From assembly GCA_964016885.1 (NCBI GenBank), contig OZ024740.1, positions 233,182,001-233,246,000 on the forward strand: a DNA stretch of 64,000 nt, read 5' to 3'. The position numbers and the translations under genes are program-made. Position 1 is the first letter of the stretch; every line of letters starts with the position of its first letter. Shown here in pieces: positions 63,769 through 64,000 of the stretch. The DNA is from Eledone cirrhosa. Its lineage: Eukaryota. Under the pieces are notes generated by a model. It did no database searches. It was not told the origin of the DNA and was given only the letters and a program-made list of their open reading frames with translations.

Positions 63769-64000
63769 CAAGTAAGTATGTTTTGAAACAGTGAGGAGGT
63801 TTGAAATTAGAAAATAGAATAGCTTTCACCGTATTTTTTACTAAAGAAATTTTAGCCTGATAATGGGGTTTAGAACCCTCAGATAAATGGAAAAAGATGA
63901 GTATTAACGTACGTTAATACTCATCTTTTTCCATTTATCTGAGGGTTCTAAACCCCATTATCAGGCTAAAATTTCTTTAGTAAAAAATACGGTGAAAGAT
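63768..64000. repeat. Fold-back element (family of 12421), centre 63910/63911, runs off the window
   Basis: ...gatgagtattaacgt|acgttaatactcatc... with complementary arms. Confidence 0.9.

Overview
Animal genomic DNA, very AT-rich and full of (TA)n, (CA)n, (GA)n and (TATG)n microsatellites. The repeat and SINE content suggests a cephalopod such as Octopus; this is inference and has not been checked. I recognise no host protein-coding gene, and nearly all short ORFs in the track are microsatellite translations. The window is a nested transposable-element graveyard dominated by Penelope-like elements (PLEs, RT plus GIY-YIG) of several lineages. One PLE is nearly intact (3984-6437, minus), one is near full length with direct pseudo-LTRs (54973-59508), and several are truncated or decayed. 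Many short non-coding PLE-end derivatives form fold-back palindromes between (TA)n tracts. About a dozen loci carry minimal type-I hammerhead ribozyme cores, several with the palindromic stem III typical of PLEs. Also present are an internally deleted mariner, a decayed RTE LINE with short 5'UTR-derived copies, a CRE-type 3' fragment with a TSD, two tRNA-derived SINE families and non-autonomous Helitron-like elements. The most unusual signal is a pair of ~215-nt tandem units (10478-10692, 10781-10996) in a PLE 3' region. Their variable segments differ between copies yet stay base-paired, with G-U wobbles favouring the element's sense strand, which makes them a candidate structured RNA that I cannot assign to any known family. 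All folds and alignments were done by eye.
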